64,000 bases of DNA. Origin: the human T2T-CHM13v2.0 reference genome, Homo sapiens. The stretch lies in assembly GCF_009914755.1 (NCBI RefSeq), contig NC_060932.1, one strand, 5' to 3'. The stretch's first letter is position 1. Each line of letters starts with the position of its first letter. The notes below the pieces were generated by a model. That model made no database searches. It was not told the DNA's origin and was given only the letters and a program-made list of their open reading frames with translations. Of this stretch, positions 27,751-45,131 are shown one piece after another. A program made the position numbers and the translations under genes.

Positions 27751-29842
27751 CTTTGAGAAAAAAAATGTTTCAAAGGACATTAATTTTGTTTCATGAAAGG
27801 TATGGACATTCAGTTAAGTGGAAAATCTTTATGTTAAACACAACCCGTTTTGTGCCTTCTAACAATATTTTTAAATCCTCTATTTTTCTCGAATGTAGTA
27901 GATGCATAAATGGCACAAGACCTAGAATTTTTAAGAATCCTATGCTCATCTTTAATTTTTCAAACTAGAAGAAAATAAAGGCTAGAAAGATAAAGCCCCT
28001 TAGCCAAGGACATACTTAATAGTCAATGAGAATTAGAAGCTATGTGTCTAGAATCCTATAACACTATCGGTCAGTCACAGCACAAACAAAACAAGGTCAC
28101 TGAAAAACAATAAGGGATTTAATCTAGCAAACATTATACAGTAGTATATTAGACACTTTCCCAAATATAAAAATAATAAAATGCCCTTAAAATATTTATC
28201 GAAAAGTCACTGCCCTCTCCAGTTATCTCTGGACTATATTTTGTTCCACTGATCTGTGCTCCCATTGCTAGGACAATGACTGAATTGTGTGATTTTACAC
28301 AGAGTTTATACTTTATTATTTGGTAGAAAAACATTTTTTCTGTTTTTCTTAACTGTCCTTACTCATTTGTTTTTGTAGGTGAACGGTGTATCTGTCAAGT
28401 AGGGATTAAGTTACTAATTAATTTAGATAGATCTGCCATAATCTTCCTTCATTTATCTCTCAAGTATATTTAGTTTTCTTTATATGTGGTCCAAAGATAA
28501 CTTAATAAGGTTATTACTACATACTTTATTGCTACCACAAAGTTTTTTCCTATGCTATATACCAAGTGGCTTATATGTAATAATGTTGTAGGTTTTGTAC
28601 ATCCATCTGATTGCTGTATTGATACTGTAAATAAATCATTATCCTTCTAGGAACTTAACTTTATGACCAGCTAAAGGACAAGTGTGTCTTCCAATTTTCT
28701 GGTAGTTCTCTGTTTCATGTTTTCCTAAATATCATGACATTTAGATTTGAATGATATATACTGAAGTCAAACTGGTTCAATATCTGAAAGGAAGACAATT
28801 TTCATAGTAACTGTATGCCTTTTTTTTCCCTTTCAATATACTCTTTGGTTAACTGCAACTATAATTTTTCTATAATGTAATCTATTAAAAAACAATTTGC
28901 TACTTTTAACTCCTTTCGCAAAGTCTGGTTTTCAATTACTTTTTATTGAATCCATGAAAAATATAGAATCAATCCCAAATTTAAATTCTAGACCATTAGT
29001 AAAGGATTTCCTGACACCAAAAGCATGTAAGTACTGTATTGCTAAAAGAAGGAAAAAATAAAGTTTTTCAATAAATTGAATTTCATATTTGCTCAACCAT
29101 ACTCAATATAATTCAGACTAAATAGAAAAAATCCTCATAAATCATCTAGTACTAATTCATTACTAATATTTTTACACGCAAATAAGGTTTGACAGCTACA
29201 TGAGCTACATGATAGCACTGTAGTACTCACAATCGTGTTCCAGATGCATTCAGCCAAATTTGGTTCAGGAAGAAAACTCCCTGATATTTCCTAATTTTGC
29301 TGATAACCCTCAAGGATACGAATGGCTAGAGAATGAATATTCAGGGCTCCAGTGTTACACAGCTTCATAGGTTTGGTGAGTGAGGTTTTTTTTTTTGCCA
29401 AAACCATGTAGAAGGGTCTACAACAATCCTCATAAATGTTGTGGTTTTAAGAAATTACCCCTTCAAAGGCATTTGAAATGGTCTCTATCTTATGAGATGT
29501 TCAGGCAATAAATAATAAATCCCTTTCCACAATTTCTTTTCCCTTTTAATTGGGAGTGGTTTTAAGTTTTAATTGCTATGTAGCTAGAATGTATTATACT
29601 ACGTTGTAAATGTGTTTAGCAAGATGTAAAATCAACTCCTAAAATTGGATAATCTGAATTTATCTACTTTTCACCAAACACATTCTAAAGGAAGTACTGA
29701 CAAACTATCTGCAACAGGGAAATACCATTAGCAGCAACAAAAGTAACTGATGAGACATCTGTAAATAAAAATTCCAGACCAGCCAAAGACTAGATAGAAT
29801 TGTGACATTTCTCAAATTCAAAAAAACACAAATCCAAATTCT

Positions 29843-30120
29843 CATTTTATTAAGTATTGATGTGTTCCTACTATGTATGTATCAGGAATGTGTGGTAAGA
29901 CCTTGTAGATAAAGCAATGGAAGATAGAGTAGTGTCCTGCCTCCTTGGAGCTTATATTCTGGGAAGAGACTGTATTAAACAGCATGTAATTAATAATTAC
30001 AACTGTGGTACAGGATAAGTACAGCATACTAAGAGAAAATGAACCTGATGATGTGACCAAGACTTCAAGATCAGGAAAGTTTGGCTGAGGAAGTGATGCT
30101 TCTGCTAAAACCTTGACTCT
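29843..30120 (-). mobile_element. L2 fragment
   Basis: cctactatgtatg..caggaatgtgtggtaaga...gtcctgcctccttggagcttatattctggg. Confidence 0.7.
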
Positions 30121-31149
30121 GTACATCCCTTGGCGGCAGCCAAATACATGACAATATAGGTGTGAAAAGTTGTCTCACTCACCATATACCTCCTAGCTTC
30201 AACTGGGTATCCCTTTTCTCTAATGAGCTCACTGAAAATAATCTTATTAAACTGAATCCTATCACATTCAGATTCATTCAGGCACACTCAATTGAAAACT
30301 GTCTACCTTGGGGTCTATATTTCTGTCTTAAATTTTGCTCCCAATATACAACCAGACAATGTAGATGACTTCTTATGAATACTTAGGAGTACCAAAAAAT
30401 ATCCATTGGAGAACTTAAATAATTAAATATTTAATTGTCTCGAAATGTTTAAAAGGACTATACCACTCAGGTATCGAAGAAAGAAAAGATATTTTCTAAA
30501 AGTAACAATATTACCTATAGTATTCTTTTGGTATATTCCATGAGCTACCATAGTTTAAAACAATAGCAAAATACTACAAATAAATTAGGGGGAATGAAGA
30601 TGTTGAAAGAGGATGCTCTATGAGCACAAGACAACAAAAACTAATTTTGTAATATCCATAGGAACAGCATAAGAAATTTTCACTGAATTTTACTTCAGTT
30701 TGGATTCAGGGAGGTTAAATGGTCAGATTTAGAAAGCAAACAAGAAAAGCTCAAATCGCAAATAATGCATTCTTCCATTTTGAGAAAACAGTATTATCAC
30801 CCCAACCATACTCCCAGAAAAAGACTTTTCCTTGTATGACAAAACTCCATTTGCTGAAACCAAGTAGACTTGAGGGCAATATCAGCAATAAATATCTTTT
30901 TATATTACTAACAAATATAAAACCATCCAATGTACCTGCCTGATTGACTGTTCAAGTGATATAAAGCAGGAGGACTAATAGCAATATTTTAATATACTGA
31001 GAGATTAAGGGGAGCAAAGAAAAAGTAGAGAGAGAAAAATCGAGTGTCTAAGGTAAGATAATTGAAAGCCCTAGTTTATTCAATCTGAGAAACAGTTATA
31101 AAGAAATCTAGACGATTTTATAGAATGATGGGTTCATAAAATTTAATAT

Positions 31150-33300
<2,151 letters not shown>

Positions 33301-34052
33301 CATCAACGAAGTATGTTTTGCCTTAAAAAAAAGGAAAAGTTAATATGGGGGATGTAATTATTTATATGTTCCAATGAAAGAACACAATTAGAGGAAAAAT
33401 ATTGGCAAGGAAAATTAAACTAGAAAAACAGCTGTCAGAATCTGATTATGACATTCAACTATTCAGCTATGGGTGGTTTTGCCACAATGCTAGCCATGGT
33501 GGGTGAAGGACAGGCAATCATGAATTTAAGAGAGGCACTGGTTTGCTTAGAAACGTCCACATTTACCACTCTTACTTAGCCATTCCATCACCTTCCTTTG
33601 GTTTAAAATCCACTTTTTCAACAGTTCTAGGATTATGGCATTAAATCAGATCTAAAACCTAGGTATTACTATTAGAAGTATTAGTAAATTCTTCAAGATT
33701 TCGTATTCTCCTATTCTTAAAAAATTTCATTTCTTATCCTTCGTCCTATGGGGGGTAGTAGGAAGCATTGAAATTTTTAGCACAATAACTGATATGATCA
33801 TCTGCTTTCAACATATCAAAAAATGTTGATTTCTGCCCCCAGCTTCAAGTAGCAGTTTCATGGTTTATCTATAGGAAACTCAATCATTAAGAACATGCTT
33901 TTCTGTTTTATTACAAGGAAACAATATTAATACATTAAAAATATTCAAGGAAAAAGTGAAAATATGGTGCACACCAAATTGATACTGCATATAAAACATG
34001 TGTACAAAAAAACTATAAATTCCTTTTCCTGAGAAAAGTCTAAAATAGGTAC

Positions 34053-34223
34053 CTGAGCAAGCTCTTTCTGTTCATTCACCAGTCGGCCACAGCTAGCAAT
34101 CATCTGGTCCAGGGCGTAGAGCCGATCTTCAAGTCCTTTAATGGCTTTCATATTCTGATTATCAAGTTTGGCAATAGTTTGACGGCATTCTGCTATAAAT
34201 GGTCGAATAATCCTTGGATCAAG
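34053..34223 (-). CDS. RB1CC1: RB1CC1 exon 8 (171 nt, LDPRIIRPFIAECRQ...QKELAQ)
   Basis: ORF 33945..34151; acceptor catttag|CTT, donor CAG|gtacct; phase 0-0. Confidence 0.96.
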
Positions 34224-35991
34224 CTAAATGACAAGGAAACACATACGAATACAATTTTCAGCAAATAGTTTAAAATGTATTTCATGCTATTCTGACATAC
34301 AGCTTGAGAGAAAATAAGTGATAAAAGATATAAAAAAGCAAAAGCATGGGAACTCTAAGTTATACTTTCATAAGAAGGTCAAGTACAGGATAAATATCCT
34401 TGACAACACTGAATTTACACTAGAATACATAATTAGGAATACATTTTCAAGAATCACACATTTCAATCAGTGCTACAATTTAATCACTTGTCAATATCTC
34501 TCAGAAAAAGGTATTTTCAATGTCAGCATAATATCATTAATTCTCTTATCAATGCAACTTCTCTTTAAAACATATAAACTTCTTCGGCAAATTTATCTCC
34601 CTCCTGGAGATAGAAGATAAAACTTCCTTATTCTCTATTTCTATCTCCTCAACGAATCGGCTTGCTCAATTATGCTTTCTCACTCTTCCATCTCTCCTGT
34701 TCCCTGGCTCTAATTCTACACATTTGCTGAAATTCATGGAACCTATAAAATTTTCCGATAATGCTCCTGGTCCCTTAAAAAAATATTTTACCTGGCAGCC
34801 TTTCTGTCTGCGTTTTCCATAAAAACTGCTCAGCCAAAAACTACCAATGACCTTGCTTCACTTGAGGCTCTTCAACAGTTAGCATGGCAGATAACCTTTT
34901 CCCAACCTTAAAGGCTCTGGGAAGTTACTTCTACTGGTTCCTTCACAGCATCCTTTTCTGGCTCCTTTTGCTCTGTCTAATCTTTCTAAAACAGATGATT
35001 CAGAAGGATTTTGTCCTTAGCCCATTTTTACTGTTCTCAATATGATTTCAGCATTAAGTATAACTTTTCTGGAGATAACTCCCAAGTCTACTTCAATCAC
35101 TGATCAGTCTCACAGATTCTCAAACTGTGTTTCTGACTGTTTACTAACATCTACATTTGGGTAGCAACCATGAAACCTTCTATTATTGACTTACTATGCT
35201 TGTTCCTAATAAAACCCTCAAATGACTTTCTTCTGCCCACAGATAATATCCAATAAATGTAGAATATAATAAAGGCTTCATTGATCTGATATCAGAAAAA
35301 AATCTTTCAAGCCTCTCATCTTTTCAAGCTGAAATGTCTATCATTTCAAGATAAACCGTGTTTTTCTATCTCTGATCTTTGTTCACAATTCTTCTATTAA
35401 CTGTTTAAGTCAACCTCTCCCTCTAAAGATCCTAGTCAAATACCTCCTTCATGCTGCCTTCTCTACAGTCGGAAAAAACTGATTAATGCATAGAGTCTTG
35501 TACACAGAGAACATACAAAAGCAATTAAACTAAACTATTTTATTGTTATTATCAAGAATCCAGTGTAGTTAAGAGGGTGCATGTCTAACACTACCGAAAA
35601 AATTAACAAAACCATTATTTCAGAATAGGCACCACTAGTTTTGCACAATGTTGTCTCAACTGCTACTTGTACATTTGTGAACATTTTCTCACTTTTCTCA
35701 ATTTTGTGGTAACTGAGTCCAATGTGTATGTATTTCTACACCAGAGTACTATGCACATCAAAGCCTGGTTACAAATTATTAGCATGATAAAGATGAAAAC
35801 TGGTTCAAATGTTCAACCTAGGCAAAATTACAATTATACATAAACTTAACATACCAACAACTTAAACCAAAAACAAGGGCTCCTGAATACAACGTATCTG
35901 AATTTAATAATTCATTGAAAGTATAACTGCACTGACAAACATAGGAGAGTATTTTATGATTCACTAAATAGTTTACACAACTTCCTAAAAA

Positions 35992-36263
35992 AAATTTATT
36001 TTTGAGCCACGTTCTGGCTCTGTTGCCCAAGATAGAGTGCACTGGCATGATCACAGCTCACTACAGGCTCAAGCGATCCTACGGCCTCAGCATCCCTAAC
36101 TGCTGGGACTACAGGCATGTGCCACCACAATCAGCTAATTTTTTGTAGACATGGGTATCGCCCTGTTACCTAGGCTGGTCTCAAACTCCTGGGCTCAGGC
36201 AATGGACTCCCACCTTGGCCTCCCAAAGTGCTAGGATTATAGGCATGAGTCACCGTGCCCAGC
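35992..36263 (-). mobile_element. AluJ-like
   Basis: Reverse-complement Alu with ctcaaactcctgggctcaggcaat. Confidence 0.92.
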
Positions 36264-36736
36264 TGACTTCCTAAAATCTCACTGCACTTAATATTTTATT
36301 CCATTTGTTCACAGATAATAAAAATCTTTGAAGAAATGTTTTAAATTACATATATGTAAACCACAGAATCTCATTAGTAATTATTTAGCCAATTTTCAAT
36401 AATTAACAGTCAGTGATACATTAATTTTTACTCTTGGGCTCTTTGGCATCTACAAAGGCTAACATTATTTTTAACTGAGAAAGAAACTATAAAACAAAGT
36501 TTCTTACACTCTCTATTCTTAAGCCTCTGACCTTTAAACCCACTCCCCTGCATAGATTCCTTAAGATCACAAGTTGTCTGAAAGAAATGCTAAAGCTCAA
36601 TAAATTATGCTGCATTAACCTGGACAGTTTAGAAATGTGCTAAATGCAGACACTTCCAATTATTAATCGTTAGAAACACAAATCAGTGTGCCTTTTGTAG
36701 TATAAACTGAAACAGAACACTCAAGAGTCATCTTAA

Positions 36737-37000
36737 GGCCGGGTGCAGTGGCTCACACCTGTAATCCCAGCACTTTGGGAGGCAGAGCCAGGCAAATCAA
36801 CTGAGGTGAGGAGTTCAAAGCCAGCCTGGCCAACATGGCCAAACTCTATCTCTATTAAAAAAAACAAAAATTTGCCAGGTGTGGTGGCGGGTGCCTGTAG
36901 TCCCAGCTACCCAGGAGGTGAAGGCTGCAGTGAGCCGAGATCGTGCCAGTGCACGCCAGCCTGGGTGACAGAGCGAGACTCCAACTCAAAAAAAAAAAAA
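36737..37000 (+). mobile_element. AluS with a right-arm deletion
   Basis: Alu head; cccagctac joined directly to ccaggaggtgaaggctgcag; poly(A). Confidence 0.92.
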
Positions 37001-37729
37001 GAGTCTTTTTAGCAAGAATACACTAAAATCTAAAAATATGAGTCTACGAAAATGCAGCAACAATTCTAAATTTTTTCTGACAGATAAAATGGGGGGAAAA
37101 ACAATAATTTACAAAACTAGCATCTCTTAATCCACAAAAATATAAAACTAGGAATCCCATGTTAAGTGACTTATGGATGACAGATAGTAAATGAATCTCA
37201 ATGCCCAGATTTGAGCCCCTGCTATTCCAATTCCAAATCCTAATTTCCAAAATACCTATGTCTCGACTAATTTCCTGAGAAAGACATTTTAATTTGCCAG
37301 TTGAAAGTACATGTTACAAAATACTGTTACAATTGGAATTAATCTGCAAAAACGATAGATTTAAACTGAATTTCCTTTTACGGAAAAAAAATCTTGGCAT
37401 ATATTTTTATTACTTCATTGGAAAACAGTGCTACTGCGATCAGATATCAGGTAGGTTAGTTGTTTTGGACAACCGTTTAATAAAATGAGAGTAAAAAACC
37501 ATCTCCAATCAGAGAGAAATCTCATACTCGGTTCATCTTCAGAAATGCCCCTAGTCTTATCAAGAAAAAGTATAGTACTCCTGAGAGGAGAAAAATACTG
37601 ATCTAATAAAAACATCATGGTAAAGTGCCATTCATTACGCAATACATCACATTTACAGATCATATACTTTGTAAAATATAAATAAATTTTTCCAAATTGG
37701 ATTTTAACTGCTTCAGAATAATATATATT

Positions 37730-37886
37730 TTTTAACTTCAAACATTTATTTTAAATTCTGGCATACACGTGCAGCATGTGCTGGTTTGTTACATAAATGT
37801 GTAAATGTATGCCATGGTGGTTTGCTGCACAGATCATCCTAGCACCTAGGTATTAAGCCCAGCATCCAATAGCTACTCCTCCTGAT
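37730..37886 (-). mobile_element. L1PA/PB 3' terminal fragment
   Basis: ggtttgttacata...tgccatggtggtttgctgcacagatcatcc..acctaggtattaagcccagcatcca. Confidence 0.85.
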
Positions 37887-38128
37887 AGAGTAAGTAAAAA
37901 AAAAATCTAATGGGCATATACAACTAATGAGTACTATATTATAGGCACTATTTTAAAGTCACGTTAGCTAATTTGATAACAAACAACAATAACCAAATAC
38001 AAGTTTGTATTTTGCTTTTTTAATATAATGGTCATGTAAAATATCACAAAGACTTCAGATGTTGTTGCTATGCCCTATTCAATGTAGCATTAACTTCTAA
38101 AAAGAAAAAAGTGATTGCTTAGTAATAA

Positions 38129-38323
<195 letters not shown>

Positions 38324-38492
38324 TAAGTCAGAGAATCACTGTTCCTTTCCTTTAGTCATACAAATTGAAAAAAACCTAAGACTCCGTGAAATTTCACACT
38401 GAACATGGAAATACAAAGCCGATTTCAGGTTCGCTTCATATATATAACTCTGTTTTGACATCTGGCACAGCTTAATTACAGAAAAAATGATA

Positions 38493-38797
38493 GGCCAGGT
38501 GCAGTGGCTCATGCCTGTAATCCCAGCACTTTGGAAGGCTGAGGCAAGAGAACTGCTTGAGCCCGGCAATCTGAGACCAGGCTAAGCAACATAGGAAGAA
38601 GACCCCGTCTGTGCAAACAATGAAAAAATTAGCTGGACATGGTGGTGTGTGCCTGTGGTCCCAGCTACTCGGGAGGCTGAGGTGGGAGGGTTGCCTGAGC
38701 CTGGGAGGTGGAGAACCAATGAGCTATAATCATGCCACTGTACTCCGGCCTGGGCGACAGAGTGAGACCCTAACTCAAAAAACAAAACAAAACAAAA
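38493..38797 (+). mobile_element. AluJ-like
   Basis: Dimeric Alu with (caaaa)n tail. Confidence 0.92.
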
Positions 38798-39876
38798 TAC
38801 CTTAATTATTCTGATCACAATCATGTAAGCAATTATCTACAATCATAAATGGAATTTTCAGGCCACTACATTGTCAATAGTTTAAGCAGGAACACTAACT
38901 TTAATTCATTTTTGGCAGTGATCAATCTTTGCATAACATATTACATACTTCTCTGGCAAACATGTCTTAATTGAAAGAAATGCTTAGCCTACAGAATGTC
39001 ATCAAGAAACTGGATACTGAAAGAATGACAAAACCTAGATTTTTTGTTTTCCATTTTACTATATCCTATAACTTTAACAGCAATGTATGTATTCTTTTTT
39101 AGGCATCCCAGACAATGTGCTATCCTGCTCTAAATAGTGAATCAAAGATGAACTCTTCTTCGACTGCATGCTCCTTGAAAAGTTTAACTATTTTTAACAA
39201 TTATCTTTTGACAACAGCAGCCTTCACAACATTATTTAACATTTCTGTAACAATGAAACATGCCCCATCAACTTCCTTCCTGGTGTCAAAGATTTTGCAT
39301 CAGTTTGCAGATCAGATATGAAGGGGTATTTATTCCTCAGGTTTAAAAGGTTTTCAGGTGTGCTGGAGAAGACCTTAATCCAAAATACAAGCTCACTATA
39401 ACTATAAAACACAACTAAAAAATACAGTGTCTACGTTTCGAATTTTAAAGATCTCAGGCAGATGCAGCATTTGAAATTTCTTCTTTAAAAGTCAGAAAGA
39501 AGTTGCCTCTAAGGAAATAGTGACTGGAAAGAGTCACACGGGGACTTTCTGGGCAATGAAATTTTCATTATCTTAATTTGTGTGGTGGTTATTTCTTGCA
39601 TGAACCACTCAAGACCTGTGTAGTTTACTGTATGTAAATTATTCTTATTGCACTAGAAATTTTTCCTATTAATCTCAAATAACCTTCACAAATTTACAAT
39701 CAATTCATAAATAAAATTATGAATTAAATTGATTCAACCTATGTTAAAAGTTTCACTCCAAGACTCATTTATTTCTACTAAAAGGTAATACCCATTCTCT
39801 CAGTACATAAAATATTTAGGATAAATAATATAAAGTAGTAAAATGACAAAACAAACATCAAATTAACGTTACTTAC

Positions 39877-40306
39877 CCTGCTCATAGAATCAAAGCACTT
39901 CCTGACCAAAGATTCCACATCATTAGGTCTATCTTGAACATTTATCCAGTCTAACAAAGAGACATTAAAAAAGGGCAGATCACCATCTTTAGTGTCAATC
40001 GTAGTTTCATCTTGCTGATGAACAGTACTTTGACAAGATTCCCTAATTTCTTTGCCACTTTCAGCATCTGCGGTATCTGGGGACACATGTTCCACTGACT
40101 TGGGAAATGAGGTTAACAAAGATTCGTTAGTTGTTCTAGGCATATCAGGAGAGAGCACCAGTTCAGTGGATCTTTTCGTCTCAGCTTTTTCTGAGTCTTC
40201 ATGTTCAGGTAAAGAATCCAGTCTTCCCAAACATTCTCTGTAACTATGTCTGGTTAGGCACTCCAACAGTGGAATCTTGGCCATTACTGAAACTGCAGTT
40301 CCTAAA
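39877..40306 (-). CDS. RB1CC1: RB1CC1 exon 7 (430 nt, HLGTAVSVMAKIPLL...FDSMSR)
   Basis: ORF 39778..40284; acceptor ttttaag|TTTA, donor AGG|gtaagt. Confidence 0.96.
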
Positions 40307-40517
40307 CTTAAAATACAAAAGATCTGTCAGTAAAACTATGAGACTGCTCTAATTAGGAATTAGCATGTTTGAATGAAATCACATATTATTATACACACAA
40401 ATCTCACCACCTCTCCATAACATTATACATACATAAACTAGTCTATGAGCTAGCTATTCACTAAAAGTCTAGTTTAGCAGAGAGAGGCTATCGTTAACCC
40501 ATTAAAATATCACTCTA

Positions 40518-40841
<324 letters not shown>

Positions 40842-41620
40842 CTAAACAAGTGAACACTAGGCTTTTACAAAACCTTAAAGATGTAACAAATTTAAATTTA
40901 CAAAAAGATTCACCATAGCAGTATCTTAGAATATAACCTTATGGCCTTAAGTAAATCAAATATATTTGATATATTCAAAGCACAGGATAAAAATAACAAT
41001 CCTAATGAAGATAACTCTTGTACTCATAACACCCTGAAAACAGGTTTATGTTGTCAAAAGCATAGGGAAAATATGAAATCCTGGTGATTTAACTTCTATA
41101 AAATGATGTGCAATATGATGTAGGTCCCTACTTTAAACTGATACAGCTAACAGAACCCTTAGAAAGTTACTGGAAAAGGTTCTCATTTAAACTTTAAAAA
41201 GATCTTTCTAGTCTTAATGAATCCTTCTCTTTCCTCTCAAGATTTTTCCATTTTTAAGGCCAAAAACTAATATTCATACCACAAAACAGAGAAATCTGAA
41301 TTTAAAAGGTTACCCAAATTTAAAAAAATCAAAGAAACAAAAAGACAAAGATTAAAACCAGAACATGCTACTTGCCTCTAATGCAAGGTCAAGATAATTA
41401 AAAGAAAAAAAAATCTACAGATCCAAAACAAAAAACCTGAACACAAAATGCTAAAAGCATATGCACACACACACAATAAGGGTTAGTTTCATGCTGAATT
41501 ACCATTATATTTTCAGGTTAACTACAGCCCTTTTAAAAAAAGAATCAATGTGTATTAAATGTACTTCTATGCAAAGAACTAAAACTTGCCATCTTAATGA
41601 GCATTGAAAACACATGGGCT

Positions 41621-42016
<396 letters not shown>

Positions 42017-42400
42017 TTAAAATTTTCCTCCATTGTCCAGTGTTTGATAATGTGCCTATTTCTGTTAGATGTTATTTTTCACATCTTGCCTTTTGTTTAG
42101 TGGACAAGACATAAGCAAAGATTCTTGGTTTTATAAATGATTTCAAAAGTATTTGGAGCCTTATTACAAGTAAAACAACCCAAGAGAAAGAAATGTGGGA
42201 GACTCATACATGTAAAGAGAATTATCATTTTTTAAATTAAAAACTATAACCTACAAATCACTATCAGAAAAGGCTCAAAGAATAAACCTCAGTTACAATA
42301 AATATATGGCCTATAAGAAACAAATTTGCAGTAATTAAACCTACTGATAAATTTCAAAGGCATTTTAAACAAATATTATCCATTTTAATGGCAAACATAC

Positions 42401-42603
42401 TGAGTAAGTTTTAACTTGATGTCTTCTATGGACTGCAGATAATTTGAATAAATACTTTCAAACTTGAAAAGTAGCTTTTGGTATGAATTTGAACAGTCCT
42501 CCAGGTTGGCCATGATTGCAGCCCAGCCTTGGTGTTGAAGATGTTCATCATGTACAAGACCTTCACAAAAAGAACAAAGTTTCTTGGCAACTTCATACAT
42601 TTC
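42401..42603 (-). CDS. RB1CC1: RB1CC1 exon 6 (203 nt, EMYEVAKKLCSFCEGL...KLKLT)
   Basis: ORF 42385..42600; acceptor aatatag|GAA, donor CA|gtatgt. Confidence 0.96.
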
Positions 42604-44168
42604 CTATATTGAAAAAGAATACAAAAGAAAGTAAAAGAAGGCAATGGTTTGTTTGCAGAAGTTTGCATATGTTTACAAACATGTACGTGTGGATGCGTTG
42701 TAGAGCACATTTAACAAAGTATTTCAAAGGACTGTTTTAGTTTATCTCTGTTCTCTTCTGTAAAAGACAGCCTAAACATAAGTGAGGTGTTTCCGAGCAG
42801 GTATCCTAAGAGACAGTCAAAAGAAGAATCCATAAGACGCTACCTCTGAAAAACAAAGGAGTAGGGCTTTCAATTATTTGACTAATGATCAACATCTGCC
42901 ATCTCAAATGTCACTGTCCTCTGGTATTATCTCAAGACATTCATGTTAAAAACAATTTTTGGTGAAGGCAAAGCTAAAATACGTCATCTACTTCTAGATT
43001 AGTATAACTATAACAGATTTAGTAACCCTAAATGAGATTCTAGAAAATATTTAAGCAGTGAAAATACCTTCAGAAAATAGACATCTGACATTCAGTTCCA
43101 AACAATGAAGTACAAAAATATTTATTAAGGATAAATTACAAGGCAGCAATGTAGATTGCTTTATATATGGAGATATATAAAGAAGTCCACTGTTATAAAA
43201 TATTTTAGTTGGCAAGGAAATAAGACAGATCATTCTACCTTTGTTAACTGGTATGAGACAGATATAAAAGTCACAAAAGAGACAGGAAATGAGAAGTCAA
43301 AGTTAACTGAAGGCATTTAACTTAAGTATAAAGGTATGAAAAGAATATGAACAAAGATAGGGAAAGAAGTACTTCAAAAGAGTGGAACACGAAGTGGCAA
43401 AGACAGGAAATATGAAGCACTATTGGTTAAGAACAAATGGTCTGGAGGAAAAAGCGAGAGAAAGAGGGCCAGATGATCAAAGACCCAGAAGATACTAAGG
43501 TAAGGAAGGAGGAATTGGACTTTACTCAGAAAAGACCTCCTCAAGAACTCTTTAACATGAAGAATGTAATCAAATAGAAGCTTTAAGAAGACTGATAATA
43601 CAGAAAATGTCATAAGGTGGAACGGGAAGGCACCTGAAAGAATGGATGTAAAATGATTATTTTTAAGTTGTCCAGGCAAACTGTAAAAAAGCTACTGTAA
43701 GTTATCTAGTTACCAAAGTAAATAAGTAAGATGGTCTTTATGGGGTAGGAATGTCAGTAAAATGATTATGTGCCATGTCAATTAATGTCAATTAATCAAT
43801 CATGCTGCCACTAAAATAGAGTGGGGAAAAAAACTCTGGAATTATGAAATAACAAATAAAATGTTTTCAGATTTTTTTAAACAGATGAAAGAGAGGTGAC
43901 ACCCTTGAAATGACGAGTAAAAGAGCTGTTGGGTACATTAAAGCAAGAAGTTCTTGCAGCGCATGTAGAAAATGTAGGAGGAAGATTCTTAAACACACAA
44001 AAGATGGAGGATATAAAATATTCAAATGTTTCAATTTTATGAATTGTTAAAATTTATAAATGTAAAATAAGTTCAACTGTAGCACTGTTTACTAGGAAAA
44101 TAAATTTATGATATTTCAAAAATGGGAGTACCTTGCAACAATGAAAAAGGAATAATATATATAGTATG

Positions 44169-44486
<318 letters not shown>

Positions 44487-45131
44487 TTATTTGGGGAGGC
44501 TAAGGTCAGTTAGAAATGTGAAACAACAGAGGTATGAGAGAGAAATGCATTTTGTGTGTATATCAAAGTCTAGGAAAATGCAAAACAAATGTTCCACCAT
44601 CATTAAGATGGAGTGGGGGATGCAACGAAAGAGGAAGTATTTTCTCTATATATTTTGCTGATATATTTGCTGATATATTTGGCTGATAAGGATGCCAAAA
44701 TTATGACCATTCTGTTTTAGAAGATAATATTGTTAATGAACAAATTTAGGTGAAAAGAAATATCTTTACAGGTAAAATATGAAAGTTTACTTTCTGGAAG
44801 TACAATGATATGAATGTAAAGAGCACTGGCCTTGGAGAAAAGAGGTTCTTCTTCTCCCTGGCTATCTGGCCTTGAAGAAATGACTTATCTTCACCTGTTC
44901 TTAATTCCATATGTGTATAAGAAAGGGCTAATAGTTTCAGTTGTAAGATAATGAAGTAAAGATGTCTTTGCCTGCTTCTCCTTCATGAAACCAACCAAAT
45001 ACAAAAGGGAAACAAGACACCATCTTGATGAAACCAGGAAACAACTACCACCCCACACATACAATATATGCAGCAAACCTGTGAAGAATATGAAAACTGA
45101 TCAACTTGGGTCAAATAAAAAGGGCACCCAC

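Noticed and set aside
30421-30436. 16-bp palindrome aattaaatatttaatt (similar one near 9966)
   Set aside because: A/T only, in very AT-rich DNA; expected by chance.
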